Below, one piece after another: positions 36,459-46,962 of a DNA stretch of 64,000 nucleotides. Below the pieces are notes generated by a model. It did no database searches, was not told the DNA's origin, and worked only from the letters and a program-made list of their open reading frames with translations. Made by a program: the position numbers and the translations under genes. Where the stretch lies: the sequence record PQ306573.1; one strand, 5' to 3'. The DNA comes from Escherichia phage vB_EcoM_PTE-Eco05. The stretch's first letter is position 1, and each line of letters starts with the position of its first letter.

Positions 36459-37948
36459 TTTTAGATATTTTAAACCAAATAGCTGCGATCGGTTCTACTA
36501 AAACAAAACAAGAAATCCTTAAGAAAAATAAGGACAACAAATTACTTGAACGTGTGTATCGTTTAACATATGCACGTGGTATCCAGTATTATATTAAGAA
36601 ATGGCCAGGACCAGGTGAAAGGTCTCAAGCGTATGGTCTTCTCGAATTAGATGACATGTTGGATTTTATTGAGTTCACATTAGCCACTCGTAAACTCACT
36701 GGTAATGCTGCAATTAAAGAGCTCATGGGTTATATCGCTGACGGTAAACCTGATGATGTAGAAGTCCTTCGTCGTGTAATGATGCGCGACCTTGAAGTAG
36801 GTGCTTCAGTGTCTATCGCGAATAAGGTGTGGCCTGGACTTATTCAATTGCAACCACAGATGTTAGCATCTGCATATGATGAGAAATTGATTACTAAAAA
36901 TATTAAATGGCCTGCATTTGCTCAATTAAAAGCCGATGGTGCTCGTTGTTTCGCTGAAGTTCTCGATGATGGTGTTCAATTCTTTTCTCGTGCCGGTAAC
37001 GAATACCATGGTCTTACTCTATTAGCGGATGAACTAATGGAAATGACTAAAGAAGCTCGTGAAAGACACCCTAATGGGGTTTTAATCGACGGCGAATTAG
37101 TTTATCATTCATTTGATATTAAAAAGGCTGTGAGCTCAGGAAATGACCTGTCGTTCTTATTTGGTGATAATGAAGAATCCGAAGAAGTACAGGTTGCAGA
37201 CCGTAGCACTTCAAATGGTTTAGCAAATAAATCTCTTCAAGGGACTATTTCTCCTAAAGAAGCGGAAGGTATGGTTCTTCAAGCCTGGGACTATGTTCCT
37301 TTAGATGAAGTCTATTCTGATGGCAAAATTAAAGGTCAGAAATACGATGTTCGTTTTGCTGCTCTTGAAAATATGGCTGAAGGCTTTAAGCGAATTGAGC
37401 CGATTGAAAATCAGTTAGTTCGTAATCTTGATGAAGCTAAATTGGTTTATAAAAAATATGTTGACCAAGGTCTTGAAGGTATTATCCTTAAAAACCGTGA
37501 TTCATATTGGGAAAACAAACGCTCTAAGAACCTAATTAAATTTAAAGAAGTTATTGATATCGCTTTAGAAGTTGTAGGATATTATGAACACTCTAAAGAC
37601 CCTAACAAATTAGGTGGTGTCGAACTCGTATCACGTTGTCGTCGTATTACAACCGATTGTGGTTCAGGGTTTAAAGATACAACTCATAAAACAGTTGATG
37701 GTGTAAAGGTTCTTATTCCTTTAGATGAGCGTCATGATTTAGACCGTGAACGATTAATGTCCGAAGCTCGTGAAGGTAAATTGATTGGACGTATTGCTGA
37801 TTGTGAATGCAATGGTTGGGTTCATTCTAAAGGACGTGAAGGCACTGTAGGTATTTTCCTTCCAATTATTAAAGGGTTCCGTTTTGATAAAACAGAAGCG
37901 GATTCATTTGAAGACGTATTTGGACCGTGGTCCCAGACAGGTTTATAA
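36455..37948 (+). CDS. 30: ATP-dependent DNA ligase
   Basis: 497 aa, MILDILNQIAAIGSTKTKQEILKKNKDNKLLERVYRLTY...KADGARCFAEV (adenylation lysine motif KADG), near-identical to T4 ligase in conserved blocks. Confidence 0.96.
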   Translation: MILDILNQIAAIGSTKTKQEILKKNKDNKLLERVYRLTYARGIQYYIKKWPGPGERSQAYGLLELDDMLDFIEFTLATRKLTGNAAIKELMGYIADGKPDDVEVLRRVMMRDLEVGASVSIANKVWPGLIQLQPQMLASAYDEKLITKNIKWPAFAQLKADGARCFAEVLDDGVQFFSRAGNEYHGLTLLADELMEMTKEARERHPNGVLIDGELVYHSFDIKKAVSSGNDLSFLFGDNEESEEVQVADRSTSNGLANKSLQGTISPKEAEGMVLQAWDYVPLDEVYSDGKIKGQKYDVRFAALENMAEGFKRIEPIENQLVRNLDEAKLVYKKYVDQGLEGIILKNRDSYWENKRSKNLIKFKEVIDIALEVVGYYEHSKDPNKLGGVELVSRCRRITTDCGSGFKDTTHKTVDGVKVLIPLDERHDLDRERLMSEAREGKLIGRIADCECNGWVHSKGREGTVGIFLPIIKGFRFDKTEADSFEDVFGPWSQTGL

Positions 37949-38136
37949 TGAAAGCTTATTTAGAAACAGTTATTGTAGCTAAGAAGGATGGTGGAGATGT
38001 TTCCACCTCTTGCTCTCAGATTATATTAGATTTTCCTAATGAAAATTCGTATCGGGTTTTCGTAGATAACGTTAATGGGTACGAAAAAGGCCCCAATTTT
38101 GAAGTTTATCGTACTTTGCTCCCGATTGTGGATTAA
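37948..38136 (+). CDS. hypothetical small protein (62 aa)
   Basis: ORF-track entry trimmed to ATG overlapping the ligase stop (TAATG). Confidence 0.45.
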   Translation: MKAYLETVIVAKKDGGDVSTSCSQIILDFPNENSYRVFVDNVNGYEKGPNFEVYRTLLPIVD

Positions 38137-38150
38137 GAGCCTTCGGGCTC
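38137..38150 (+). terminator. rho-independent terminator (GAGCC-UUCG-GGCUC plus UUUUU)
   Basis: 5-bp stem, UUCG loop, five T residues, immediately after the ORF stop. Confidence 0.65.
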
Positions 38151-38191
38151 TTTTTGGCATAAATATAAATTATTACTAAAAGGAAAACACT

Positions 38192-40279
38192 ATGTCTGAA
38201 CAATTAAATGAAGTGTTTGAATCTGAAGGCAGTCTTCCTGTCGTCAATTTGAACCCTAAAGCTAAAGTTCCACAAGTCTGGAAAATTGGTGATATCGATA
38301 CAAACATCGTAGTTCGCTTATTCTCTTACCTTTCTGAAGGCGATGCTGTAAAACAAGTTAAACTTGGCGACAAATACGCTCATGTTGTTATTATGAGTCT
38401 GTCTGAAAAGGGTAATCTCGCTGAATTGAAAAATGGCCTTGGTCCTACTCCTATTGATGCAATCAACACCATTTTCAATACAGTATATGAACAGGTTAAA
38501 GCTCTTCGTATGGATGCAGTTCTGTTCCGATTCCCTACCAAGAAATTGAAAGGACGTGGACAGCAGCTTCAAACTCTTCTTGCTCGTTTAGTTTCTACTA
38601 AAACCGGTGGTCGTTTTAAAGTATTGTCGGCAATGTATCAATTCACAGGTAAACACACCTATGTGATGATGGTTCGTAAAAATGCCAACATTGAAGATAT
38701 TAAAGGCATCCCTAACATTAACACAGAGTTGTACACGAAAGTAGATTCTGATGTTGGCGAAGTTTATGTGAGTAAAAAGACTGGCGAAAAGGTCACCAAA
38801 GAAACGGCTATCGCTGGTTCTATTGCTGCTGTAGAAGAAAAACGTAAAGATAAGCCTGTTATTGCTCGTACTAAAATTTCTCGTCGCGCTATTGCCGCAA
38901 GCCAATCTTTAGAAGCTGACCGCCAAGAAGGTGAGTTATTCCAGAAATATGAAAATTCTGCTAAAGAAGTTAGTGGCCCGGCTACAGCCGAATTACTTCC
39001 TGAAGCATATGAAATCGTACTAGCCCAAGCATCGTCCACAGCAAAAGGCACTTTAGTTGCTGATATCGAAAATAAGATTTATAATCGTATTGATGAATCC
39101 TTTAGATTTGCTGATGAAGTTTCTTATGGTAGTGTTATTAAGCCAACTTTAGAAAAGTTTGCTAAAAAAATTAAAACTGAAAAAACAACATCTGTTAAAG
39201 CATTAGCTGCTTTTGTTGAAGCTGCAAATGAAATTGCAGACTCTATTAAAGACGAATGGTTTGAAGATTTTAGACGTGATAATTTCCAACTGGCCGACGA
39301 TGTTTTAGCTGAAGTATCTGAAAAAACTTGGAAACAACGTAAATCAGCGTTCTTGTCTAATGTGATGTATACTTATGCACGAGAATCGGCTAGAGGCACC
39401 TTTAATATAACAATGAATCGGGACCCTAAACAATACTCTGTTGCTGAAAAACGAGCTATTCGTGAATATGCCTCTTCTGCGTATACCGATATCAATAATA
39501 TGTTGTTAGGTCGTTATAAACCAGATTTTTACGATGTTGCGGATGAAGATGAAGTTAAACGCGCTATTGATGGTCTTGATTCGGCGTTTTTAAATGGAGA
39601 CCGTTTACCTGAAGGACTAACGTTATATAGAGCTCAGTCTATCAGAATGCCTATTTACGAAGCAATGGTTAAAAATAAGGTATTCTACTTCAGAAACTAT
39701 GTTTCCACTTCACTAGCTCCTATTATTTTTGGTGGGTTTAAAGAGAACGTTGCCCTTGGACTTGCTCCTGAAGAAGTTCGCAAAGAGCTTAACATTGACA
39801 ATAATGACGAAGGTGTTACTATTTCTCCTAGTCAAGTAAGAACAGCTATGCATGCTCCAGAACAAATCCGTGTTAACGTTGGATGGGCTATTGATGGCGC
39901 CCATAAAGTTAACGTGATTTATCCAGGACAGTTGAGTAATCACCCTAATGAGCAAGAAATTATTTTGCCTAGAGGCATTCTCTTGCAGATAAATAAAATT
40001 ACAGATGCGTCATCTGACACCGGTGCAGGTTTAGAATCCAACCTTAAATTTATTCAAGCTGAAGTCATGTCCTCAGACCAGTTGGATGAAGCCGTCATTT
40101 ATGATGGTGATGTTCTCATGGAAACAGGCGAGGTGGTTGCTATGACGGGTGAAATCGAATCGGATGAGCCGGTATCGTTCTCCTCATTTGTAGAAAAAAC
40201 TAGTGCACCTAAAGGTTTGAAATTGTTAGCATCTTTAATGGATTTAGAATCAGTTCCGTTTAAATTTGTCCAAGGATAG
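38192..40279 (+). CDS. alt: ADP-ribosyltransferase Alt (capsid-packaged, modifies host RNA polymerase)
   Basis: 695 aa; N-terminus ...LPVVNLNPKAKVPQVW... and length similar to T4 Alt; R-S-E type ART motifs (YRAQS, YVSTSLAP, HPNEQEIILP); located between ligase 30 and baseplate gene 54 as in T4. Confidence 0.82.
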   Translation: MSEQLNEVFESEGSLPVVNLNPKAKVPQVWKIGDIDTNIVVRLFSYLSEGDAVKQVKLGDKYAHVVIMSLSEKGNLAELKNGLGPTPIDAINTIFNTVYEQVKALRMDAVLFRFPTKKLKGRGQQLQTLLARLVSTKTGGRFKVLSAMYQFTGKHTYVMMVRKNANIEDIKGIPNINTELYTKVDSDVGEVYVSKKTGEKVTKETAIAGSIAAVEEKRKDKPVIARTKISRRAIAASQSLEADRQEGELFQKYENSAKEVSGPATAELLPEAYEIVLAQASSTAKGTLVADIENKIYNRIDESFRFADEVSYGSVIKPTLEKFAKKIKTEKTTSVKALAAFVEAANEIADSIKDEWFEDFRRDNFQLADDVLAEVSEKTWKQRKSAFLSNVMYTYARESARGTFNITMNRDPKQYSVAEKRAIREYASSAYTDINNMLLGRYKPDFYDVADEDEVKRAIDGLDSAFLNGDRLPEGLTLYRAQSIRMPIYEAMVKNKVFYFRNYVSTSLAPIIFGGFKENVALGLAPEEVRKELNIDNNDEGVTISPSQVRTAMHAPEQIRVNVGWAIDGAHKVNVIYPGQLSNHPNEQEIILPRGILLQINKITDASSDTGAGLESNLKFIQAEVMSSDQLDEAVIYDGDVLMETGEVVAMTGEIESDEPVSFSSFVEKTSAPKGLKLLASLMDLESVPFKFVQG

Positions 40280-40308
40280 TTTACAAACACACAGATGTGT
40301 GATACTAT
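40279..40308 (+). promoter_or_regulatory. early-type promoter (GTTTAC ... TGTGATACTAT)
   Basis: GTTTAC 40279-40284 overlapping the alt stop, TACTAT 40303-40308. Confidence 0.55.
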
Positions 40309-40337
40309 CATCCCATCAACAACATGAGGAAAACGTT

Positions 40338-40631
40338 ATGAAATCTATGCTTCGCTTTAATGGTCAAGAACTAGTAGTTGAAGATGCTATCCCAGCGGAT
40401 GATGCTTTTAACGAAGCTGTGATTGACGAATTGAATCGAGTATTCCCAGGTGCATTCCATATTGCTATGGAACCTCTTAAAAACTTTCGTGACCCTGAGC
40501 ACACTGATCAAATTTTTATCGGTGTAGTGACAGGTCATTTAGAAACAGAGGTACCAATGGTCGTATTAGTTAAATACTCTAAAGATGATACTCCATTTCG
40601 AGCACCAGCATTCCTTTCATTCCGTAAATAA
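40338..40631 (+). CDS. hypothetical protein (97 aa)
   Basis: ORF-track entry trimmed to the ATG behind GAGGAAAAC, downstream of the promoter. Confidence 0.5.
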   Translation: MKSMLRFNGQELVVEDAIPADDAFNEAVIDELNRVFPGAFHIAMEPLKNFRDPEHTDQIFIGVVTGHLETEVPMVVLVKYSKDDTPFRAPAFLSFRK

Positions 40632-40640
40632 ACCCCTAAA

Positions 40641-40657
40641 GGGAGACAACGTCTCCC
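40641..40657. terminator. bidirectional terminator hairpin between convergent early (+) and late (-) units
   Basis: GGGAGAC-AAC-GTCTCCC 7-bp stem, TTTTT on the plus side and T-rich on the minus side; lies between the plus ORF stop (40631) and the gene 54 stop (40664). Confidence 0.65.
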
Positions 40658-40663
40658 TTTTTC

Positions 40664-41626
40664 TTATAGTCCTAAAACTCTTGACGCAGAATTCACCACA
40701 CCTGTCAATGTGTTTATATTAGACACACCACCGGCAGTCCCACCTAATCTAGAAAGTCTTGATACTGCACTTCCTAGTCCAGAATCATTCTGATTATTTC
40801 CAAACATTCCTGAAACACTACTAATAAGTCCTGATTCCAGCCATTCTAAAGCAGCCTGTCTATTTACAGCACCTGATTGCATAACGCGATAAGCAAATGT
40901 TACGTCAAAAACTGTTATCTGATTATCACCATCATACGTTAACTCAGGAGAAGAGACACTAACAGGAATACATCCGGTGAACATGACAGCGGTATGTGGT
41001 AAACCATTTCTCGCATGTAAATTAACCTGAATATCTGCTTCGACGTCTTGTGGTAAAGCGCGAAGACCTGTTACAGGGTCTTGGACTGAGTTTACCCAGT
41101 CCTGCATTGCTCTAAAGTTAGATGCTTCGGAATCCATTCTAAAGCTTATTACTAACGGATCCATTTCTCGACCGGTAATTCGGATGTTCGGGGAGTTATA
41201 GTTGAAATCCGTTTCATAAGATAATCGGTTCTCAGGCATTTTTACAGAATAAATCATTAAACCTGTATTATTATATGCCATATTGAAGAAGTCTATCAGA
41301 TAAGCTCCTACTGTGAACTCACCTAACAAGCTTTGTACCGTACGTTGACTCATTGCTCCAATCAGATATTTACTTACACCTGATTTTCGAATTAATTTCT
41401 GTGTTCCTGCTGTAATCAGGGTTGTTACGCCCTGATTGATATCACCTTGAGTCAATCCTAGCCAATCTGAATCCAACCCTAAGTTATTATAAGCAAAACT
41501 ACCAATTGACGAAATTAGTGAAGACGATTTGGTCGATGGCGTAGTAGCAAATACACAACTAAACATATTGTTTCGTTGGAAATCTGCATTTATAGCTTGG
41601 TTATTAAATTCTTCTAAAGAGTACAT
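40664..41626 (-). CDS. 54: baseplate tail tube initiator gp54
   Basis: 320 aa; size and position (after 48) match T4 gp54. Confidence 0.9.
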   Translation of the reverse strand: MYSLEEFNNQAINADFQRNNMFSCVFATTPSTKSSSLISSIGSFAYNNLGLDSDWLGLTQGDINQGVTTLITAGTQKLIRKSGVSKYLIGAMSQRTVQSLLGEFTVGAYLIDFFNMAYNNTGLMIYSVKMPENRLSYETDFNYNSPNIRITGREMDPLVISFRMDSEASNFRAMQDWVNSVQDPVTGLRALPQDVEADIQVNLHARNGLPHTAVMFTGCIPVSVSSPELTYDGDNQITVFDVTFAYRVMQSGAVNRQAALEWLESGLISSVSGMFGNNQNDSGLGSAVSRLSRLGGTAGGVSNINTLTGVVNSASRVLGL

Positions 41627-42735
41627 TAGAAAGTCCCCGCATAAAGTGAAGAACGGTTTAATGTAATAATTTCTCGCATTGTTATCTCTAACGTAAATGT
41701 TGACGGTAAGTTAGGAGCAACAGCGAGACCATTAAATTGTCCATTTGGAGTTTTATCAAAACGTACGCTTTGAATTTGACACGGGCCAAATACATCAGTT
41801 AACCCGTCAAATTTAGATGTGTGTCCAAAGTTTTTAACCATCCAAATTGTAGGGTTGCTTACAACTAATACATTTGTTAATGACGCAGTAATCTTTTCAA
41901 ACAATGTCTTATTTTTTACTGCATCGTCTGGTGTCATAGGCTCAATAAACGTTGAACGGTACCATTCGTCTAAATAACTTTTAATCTCTTGGGCGTACTG
42001 CGATTTACCAGTCTCACCATATGAGAAATAGTTAAAATACTGGTAAATGTTTATAATAGCCATAAGGTCTTCAGTTGAACGTGGAGTTAAATCCCATGTA
42101 AAGACTTTAGTACGGTTCTCAGCACCGCCATACATACTACGAGAAGTCGTATAAATCTGTTCGTTATTATCAGCCATAAGCCCTTGAGTAATAGAATCTA
42201 ATGCACCAAAAACTGCAGTAGAAGCAATGTTACTTAAAACACCCGTAGCAGTACCTCCACCTTTAGTAATAAGGCTATCACCGATATCATTAAAACGATG
42301 TGAAGTTGTATCAACGTCAGATTTGGAACGTGGCAAAAGGATATTGGCAACAGGAGTTTTATTTATAGTAGATTTATTAGCTCCAGCAGGAAGCAATCCA
42401 TTTGAGAATTTAGTCACTGCATCTTTCACATTATCAGTTAAATCTGATATGATACCATTAGATGAAGTCCCGGCATACGCCGGACGTAAATTCCTGAGGG
42501 ATCCTGAATCGCGTGCAGACATATTGTACGCGGTAAATAATAATCCATTCTTATAAAGGTCTGTTACCTGGAAGTCTCCTGTGGAGTCATTTCCGGCTGC
42601 TCTTCCTGTAGGAAATTGAGCAACATAAGTTTTAGTAGTTGTTTCGGTTTTAGTGCTTTGCCCAGCACTTTCTGAGACTGGGATTGCTTTATTTAAATCC
42701 TTTGCATCTACTACTATTTCTTTTACACTAATCAT
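41626..42735 (-). CDS. 48: baseplate tail tube cap gp48
   Basis: 369 aa; follows gene 29; stop overlaps the gene 54 start. Confidence 0.9.
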   Translation of the reverse strand: MISVKEIVVDAKDLNKAIPVSESAGQSTKTETTTKTYVAQFPTGRAAGNDSTGDFQVTDLYKNGLLFTAYNMSARDSGSLRNLRPAYAGTSSNGIISDLTDNVKDAVTKFSNGLLPAGANKSTINKTPVANILLPRSKSDVDTTSHRFNDIGDSLITKGGGTATGVLSNIASTAVFGALDSITQGLMADNNEQIYTTSRSMYGGAENRTKVFTWDLTPRSTEDLMAIINIYQYFNYFSYGETGKSQYAQEIKSYLDEWYRSTFIEPMTPDDAVKNKTLFEKITASLTNVLVVSNPTIWMVKNFGHTSKFDGLTDVFGPCQIQSVRFDKTPNGQFNGLAVAPNLPSTFTLEITMREIITLNRSSLYAGTF

Positions 42736-42743
42736 AATAATCC

Positions 42744-44516
42744 TTAATTAACACCGGTGGCATGGAAAATTCCAGGAGCCGTTGTACTTGTTACAGGGGT
42801 CATATTCTGGACTACGGTATTCTTTTTGACGACATTATTTGTGTTACTAATCGCCGCTACCGGTTGCTGTTGTTTAGATTCAGAAGCACGTCCTTTCTCT
42901 ATTGACTGAACTTGTTTTGCTTCCGGAGATTTAGACGAAGATTCAGGCTTAACTGTTGTCTGAGCCTTTTTGGCTTCAGCCATTTTATTATTTAGCTTTT
43001 CAAATCTAGCATCTAGTTCCTTTTTAACAACAGGAGTTTTATTAAGTTCAGGGTCTTTAATAAGTTTACTTAAATCAGCATAAGACTTCTCGACGTTTTT
43101 AGCATTTTCCGGATTAGTCATATCGATTTTATCGATATAATCCTCAAATCTAACTAGTGCCGCACGAGTTTCATTAGCTTTTATATACGCCTCTTTACGC
43201 TCCTCTTCAGGTAACTCTTTTAATTTTGCTGATTCCGCAGCACGCTCATCGCTTGTACTAAACTCTTCTTTATTGTCATTACCACGAACCCAGTTAGTAA
43301 CGAATGTTTTGCCGCGTTGTAACATATCAAGACCTTTAGAAACGGTTCCTAATTCCCCATCGTCACGTTTCATTTGATATTTAGCGACTTTCTCTTGGTC
43401 TTCTTTCTTTAATTTGTTCCCAGTAGTTTCTTGGAATCCTTCTAAAGCACGTCCTTCTATTTCGTCCGCGGTATCGCCAAAACCTATAGCACGCAATATA
43501 GACGCAGAGAGTTTAGCCATTCCTAATTGAATTAGTTCACCTAAGTTCATTAATGCTGTTCTTACACCTTTGACAATAGCAACGGTTAAACCACCCCAGT
43601 CTCCAGCTTCCCACAATTGTTTTATAGAGTCAATAGAAGTGAATATATCACTTAAGAATTTACCCCACTCTTTAGCTTCATCGGAGAATTTAGTAAAGTT
43701 TTCATCAAATAAATCCCAGGCAGAAGTGAACTTGTCTGTCCAATATTTGAAATGGACTATCAATAAATCAATACCGATAACAATACCAAGAATAAGTGCG
43801 GCCATTTTTGCTGCTTCAATAGCAGCCGTTATAGTGTATTTGAAAAGCATTCCAGCAATTCTGTCTGAAATTGATATTGATTTATTAAACCCGGTTTGAA
43901 CTGTTTTGGTGAGCATTGCAATTTTATCGCTCAATTTAAAGCTAATTCCGCCTTTAGAATCGGAAGTAGAATTAGCACTTTCTTGAACCGGTGTTGGGAA
44001 GAAATCTTCGTCTGGCTTATTATCAATCTTTTCAGGTGTAGGGAATGCTTTAAACAACTCATCAGAAGTTTCATTCTCAACCACTTTAACAGGTATTGCG
44101 TTCTCAATTACTTCAAGAGAGGTGCCTCCTGTATTTTGAATAGCGGTAGATGTTTGTAATTTTTGCTCTAATAATGTAGCTAATCGGTCTAACTTAGAGC
44201 TTATTGCACTAGAAACTTCGTTTATACTTTTAGTGACTTCAGTTTGTTTTTCAATAACTTCTGCGATAAGCTCTGTGCCTTCAGCAGTATTATCTGTCGA
44301 ATTCTTTAAGTCTCCAATTGATTCAATAATTCCATTGCCTTTATCTTCTACACTTTGTGATGTGAGTTCAGACGCGGCTTGGACATCGTCTAGTTTTGAT
44401 GAAATGTTATTCAATGCTTCTAATGAATCGGTAGCTGCATCAGCAGCTACTTTTTGTGGTTTATTATCGGCAATGACCTTATTTCTACGCATGGATTTCA
44501 TTTCTTCAGGTTTCAT
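42744..44516 (-). CDS. 29: baseplate hub subunit / tail length determinator (tape measure) gp29
   Basis: 590 aa, same length as T4 gp29; extended helical/coiled-coil composition. Confidence 0.92.
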   Translation of the reverse strand: MKPEEMKSMRRNKVIADNKPQKVAADAATDSLEALNNISSKLDDVQAASELTSQSVEDKGNGIIESIGDLKNSTDNTAEGTELIAEVIEKQTEVTKSINEVSSAISSKLDRLATLLEQKLQTSTAIQNTGGTSLEVIENAIPVKVVENETSDELFKAFPTPEKIDNKPDEDFFPTPVQESANSTSDSKGGISFKLSDKIAMLTKTVQTGFNKSISISDRIAGMLFKYTITAAIEAAKMAALILGIVIGIDLLIVHFKYWTDKFTSAWDLFDENFTKFSDEAKEWGKFLSDIFTSIDSIKQLWEAGDWGGLTVAIVKGVRTALMNLGELIQLGMAKLSASILRAIGFGDTADEIEGRALEGFQETTGNKLKKEDQEKVAKYQMKRDDGELGTVSKGLDMLQRGKTFVTNWVRGNDNKEEFSTSDERAAESAKLKELPEEERKEAYIKANETRAALVRFEDYIDKIDMTNPENAKNVEKSYADLSKLIKDPELNKTPVVKKELDARFEKLNNKMAEAKKAQTTVKPESSSKSPEAKQVQSIEKGRASESKQQQPVAAISNTNNVVKKNTVVQNMTPVTSTTAPGIFHATGVN

Positions 44517-45046
44517 TCAAGCAATCCAATAATTTCTGCTATACCCTTAATAGGACCATTAGGGCCGGGAATAGCAATAGTTGTCGAAAGGTCTTCTGCC
44601 CATTTGATTACAAAAGCAGGCATCTCAAGGAAAGAAATTTCTTTCTCTTCGTCATTAACTTTTATTAAGCAATTTGATAGCATTTCACTGATTGTAGCGA
44701 ATTGTTCAAATTTGCCTGGGGGTCTAAAATAAAAAGTATTACCTTGAAATTGGAATTCTGTTCGTTGGCATACATAGACGTCATCTAGTCTATAAGTGAA
44801 TCCATCTTTTTCAACTTCAGACTTAAGTTTGTTATTAAATTCCAATATGTGTAGACATGCAAAATCAAAATCTGCGGGACTCATATTTTTACAAATAGAA
44901 TCGGCTAAGATTTTCATGTTTTCGTCAGGACCTTTAACGTCCTTTAAAAGATTATAATGTTTGAGTCCAAATTTGGGAATCATTACTTTTTTATTAGACT
45001 GTGGTAGAATTATTTTCTTTAGAGGTAGAATCAGATTTAAGTTCAT
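44513..45046 (-). CDS. 28: baseplate hub distal subunit gp28
   Basis: 177 aa, same length and position as T4 gp28; ATGA overlap with gene 29. Confidence 0.9.
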   Translation of the reverse strand: MNLNLILPLKKIILPQSNKKVMIPKFGLKHYNLLKDVKGPDENMKILADSICKNMSPADFDFACLHILEFNNKLKSEVEKDGFTYRLDDVYVCQRTEFQFQGNTFYFRPPGKFEQFATISEMLSNCLIKVNDEEKEISFLEMPAFVIKWAEDLSTTIAIPGPNGPIKGIAEIIGLLE

Positions 45047-46166
45047 TTTTAACCTTAACTGGGTTAACAGGTTCTAACACCATTGAGTTGGTAAACATGT
45101 ACAGATGAGTTTGTGAGTTGTTATTTGATAACTCATGAATAACTTCATCTACGTAAAATTCGGATTTGAATTGGTTCTTTTGGTCGACAAATATAATTTT
45201 AGTAGCAGGCGTTATGTTAAAATTACCTGTAGTAGTGCATTTAGCATATCCATCATATTGAGCCATTGTCTGAAGACGACTTGCTTCTTCAAATCCATTA
45301 CGATAGGTCATTTCAGAATATCCACCGGATCTTGACACAAGAATAGCATTATCACCATCGCCTGTAACAATAACCGGAATAGATGTATCTAAAAATGAAT
45401 GAGCGAATATCGTGGCGTTTTTAATAGGGTCTCGTGTAAATTGGTTAGCTTTAGTCATCCAGGTGAAATCCCATACTAATGGATACTCAAGCTCTTGAAT
45501 ATACTGACCTACGGTATTTGGCTCGCCTACAACCATCTTAATGCCTTCCTGACCAATAAGAGTATCGTAGTCAATCATGTTTACGCCTAAAATATCTTGC
45601 CATACGAATACGAACTTATCACTCGCTGTAGCAAGTCCTAATTCTCTGACATATGCCAAATAATCATCAAATGTGCTTGTCCAAGGAATATCAGGAACAT
45701 AAGCATTAATAGTGTTTATTGGCGGAGTAATTAACGTACGGTCTTTATATATGACACCTAACATTTCACGTATAGATTCTCCTGCGTCTGGGAAGAATGG
45801 TCGCCCAAATTTAAGGTTCTCTATAGAATGTATTGTTCCAAGCTCAATTGCAATAATATTGTCGCCTTTTGAGTCCACAGACACAGAATAATGTCTACAT
45901 CCGTAAATTCGAGTTCTAACTTGGAGAGGTGTGTTTGAATTTGAAACAGAGATTTGGACTATCTGTCTACCATCCATTTTAGTGTGGATGTTTTTAGTGT
46001 CATAAAATTGAAGAATCCCTTCATTTCTTCCATATAACGAATCTCGCATGGTTAAAGTTGTTATTGTTGCCGCGAGTTCAACGTATCTATTTTCTTGCCA
46101 AGCCGAATAATCTTGATATAATTTAACGCTTAAGTTAGGATATCCTGGACGTTGGAATACTGTCAT
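44994..46166 (-). CDS. 27: baseplate hub subunit gp27
   Basis: 390 aa; size and position match T4 gp27; 3' end overlaps the gene 28 start by about 50 nt. Confidence 0.92.
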   Translation of the reverse strand: MTVFQRPGYPNLSVKLYQDYSAWQENRYVELAATITTLTMRDSLYGRNEGILQFYDTKNIHTKMDGRQIVQISVSNSNTPLQVRTRIYGCRHYSVSVDSKGDNIIAIELGTIHSIENLKFGRPFFPDAGESIREMLGVIYKDRTLITPPINTINAYVPDIPWTSTFDDYLAYVRELGLATASDKFVFVWQDILGVNMIDYDTLIGQEGIKMVVGEPNTVGQYIQELEYPLVWDFTWMTKANQFTRDPIKNATIFAHSFLDTSIPVIVTGDGDNAILVSRSGGYSEMTYRNGFEEASRLQTMAQYDGYAKCTTTGNFNITPATKIIFVDQKNQFKSEFYVDEVIHELSNNNSQTHLYMFTNSMVLEPVNPVKVKNELKSDSTSKENNSTTV

Positions 46167-46915
46167 TTTTTATGGTCCTTTTCTACTAATGTTAAAGCAA
46201 TACCACGTTCAACAGGAATCATTTGCATAATAGAATCCAATGTGTATTGACTCTTTACTAGTGAATGGTTTATCTGATAGAATGTAAAAATCTCATCAGG
46301 GTTAACTAACAATTTAAAAACCTCTAAGATATCAGTATATGTTTTAACATGACGTTCACAACAACCTAATCTAAGGGTCAAATTAATAGGATTCATAGAA
46401 GCAATAACCTTCTCGAGCGAGTCAATGTCTATTGCTTCTATTACTTGGATTTGGTTCTCTTCAGTCAAATCATTCCATGGGTACCATTCATCATTATAAT
46501 ATATTTCTTTTATGTTTTCACTTATCATTAATGCCTTGTTGTCATAAAACTTTTCAGGGAAAGAAAAACGTATTTTTATACCAGCAACATCAAGTTCAGG
46601 TTCGACTAGTTCTTTTTGATATATCTCAAATGGTGCAGTTTTTTCTTTAGAGCATTTAGGGCAAGTGAAAATAACGGGAACTTTTGTTTTGCCTATAGAG
46701 CCTGCAAAAACTTGCAGGAATATAAATGGTTGCCATGTTTTAGGGTATTCGTTAAAATAATCATCAATCAGATCGGCAATTATTTCTTTTTGTTCTTGTG
46801 GCGAACGATGTTCGATATCATTTCTAACTAGTAAAAAGTCTCTATAATCCGCTACGGTGAACGGCTTGAAACGATGAACACCATCCGGTAATTTACAACG
46901 AATTATATTAGCCAT
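46163..46915 (-). CDS. 51: baseplate hub assembly protein gp51
   Basis: 250 aa; position upstream of 27 and size match T4 gp51. Confidence 0.88.
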   Translation of the reverse strand: MANIIRCKLPDGVHRFKPFTVADYRDFLLVRNDIEHRSPQEQKEIIADLIDDYFNEYPKTWQPFIFLQVFAGSIGKTKVPVIFTCPKCSKEKTAPFEIYQKELVEPELDVAGIKIRFSFPEKFYDNKALMISENIKEIYYNDEWYPWNDLTEENQIQVIEAIDIDSLEKVIASMNPINLTLRLGCCERHVKTYTDILEVFKLLVNPDEIFTFYQINHSLVKSQYTLDSIMQMIPVERGIALTLVEKDHKK

Positions 46916-46932
46916 AATTACTCCTTTTCTAT

Positions 46933-46944
46933 TATTTATAAATA
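46933..46944. promoter_or_regulatory. overlapping divergent late promoters (TATTTATAAATA) for gene 51 (-) and gene 26 (+)
   Basis: Plus strand reads TATAAATA at 46937-46944 (19 nt before the gene 26 ATG); minus strand reads TATAAATA from 46940 to 46933 (18 nt before the gene 51 ATG); the two octamers share 4 bp. Confidence 0.65.
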
Positions 46945-46962
46945 CACAATAAAGGAGTTAAC

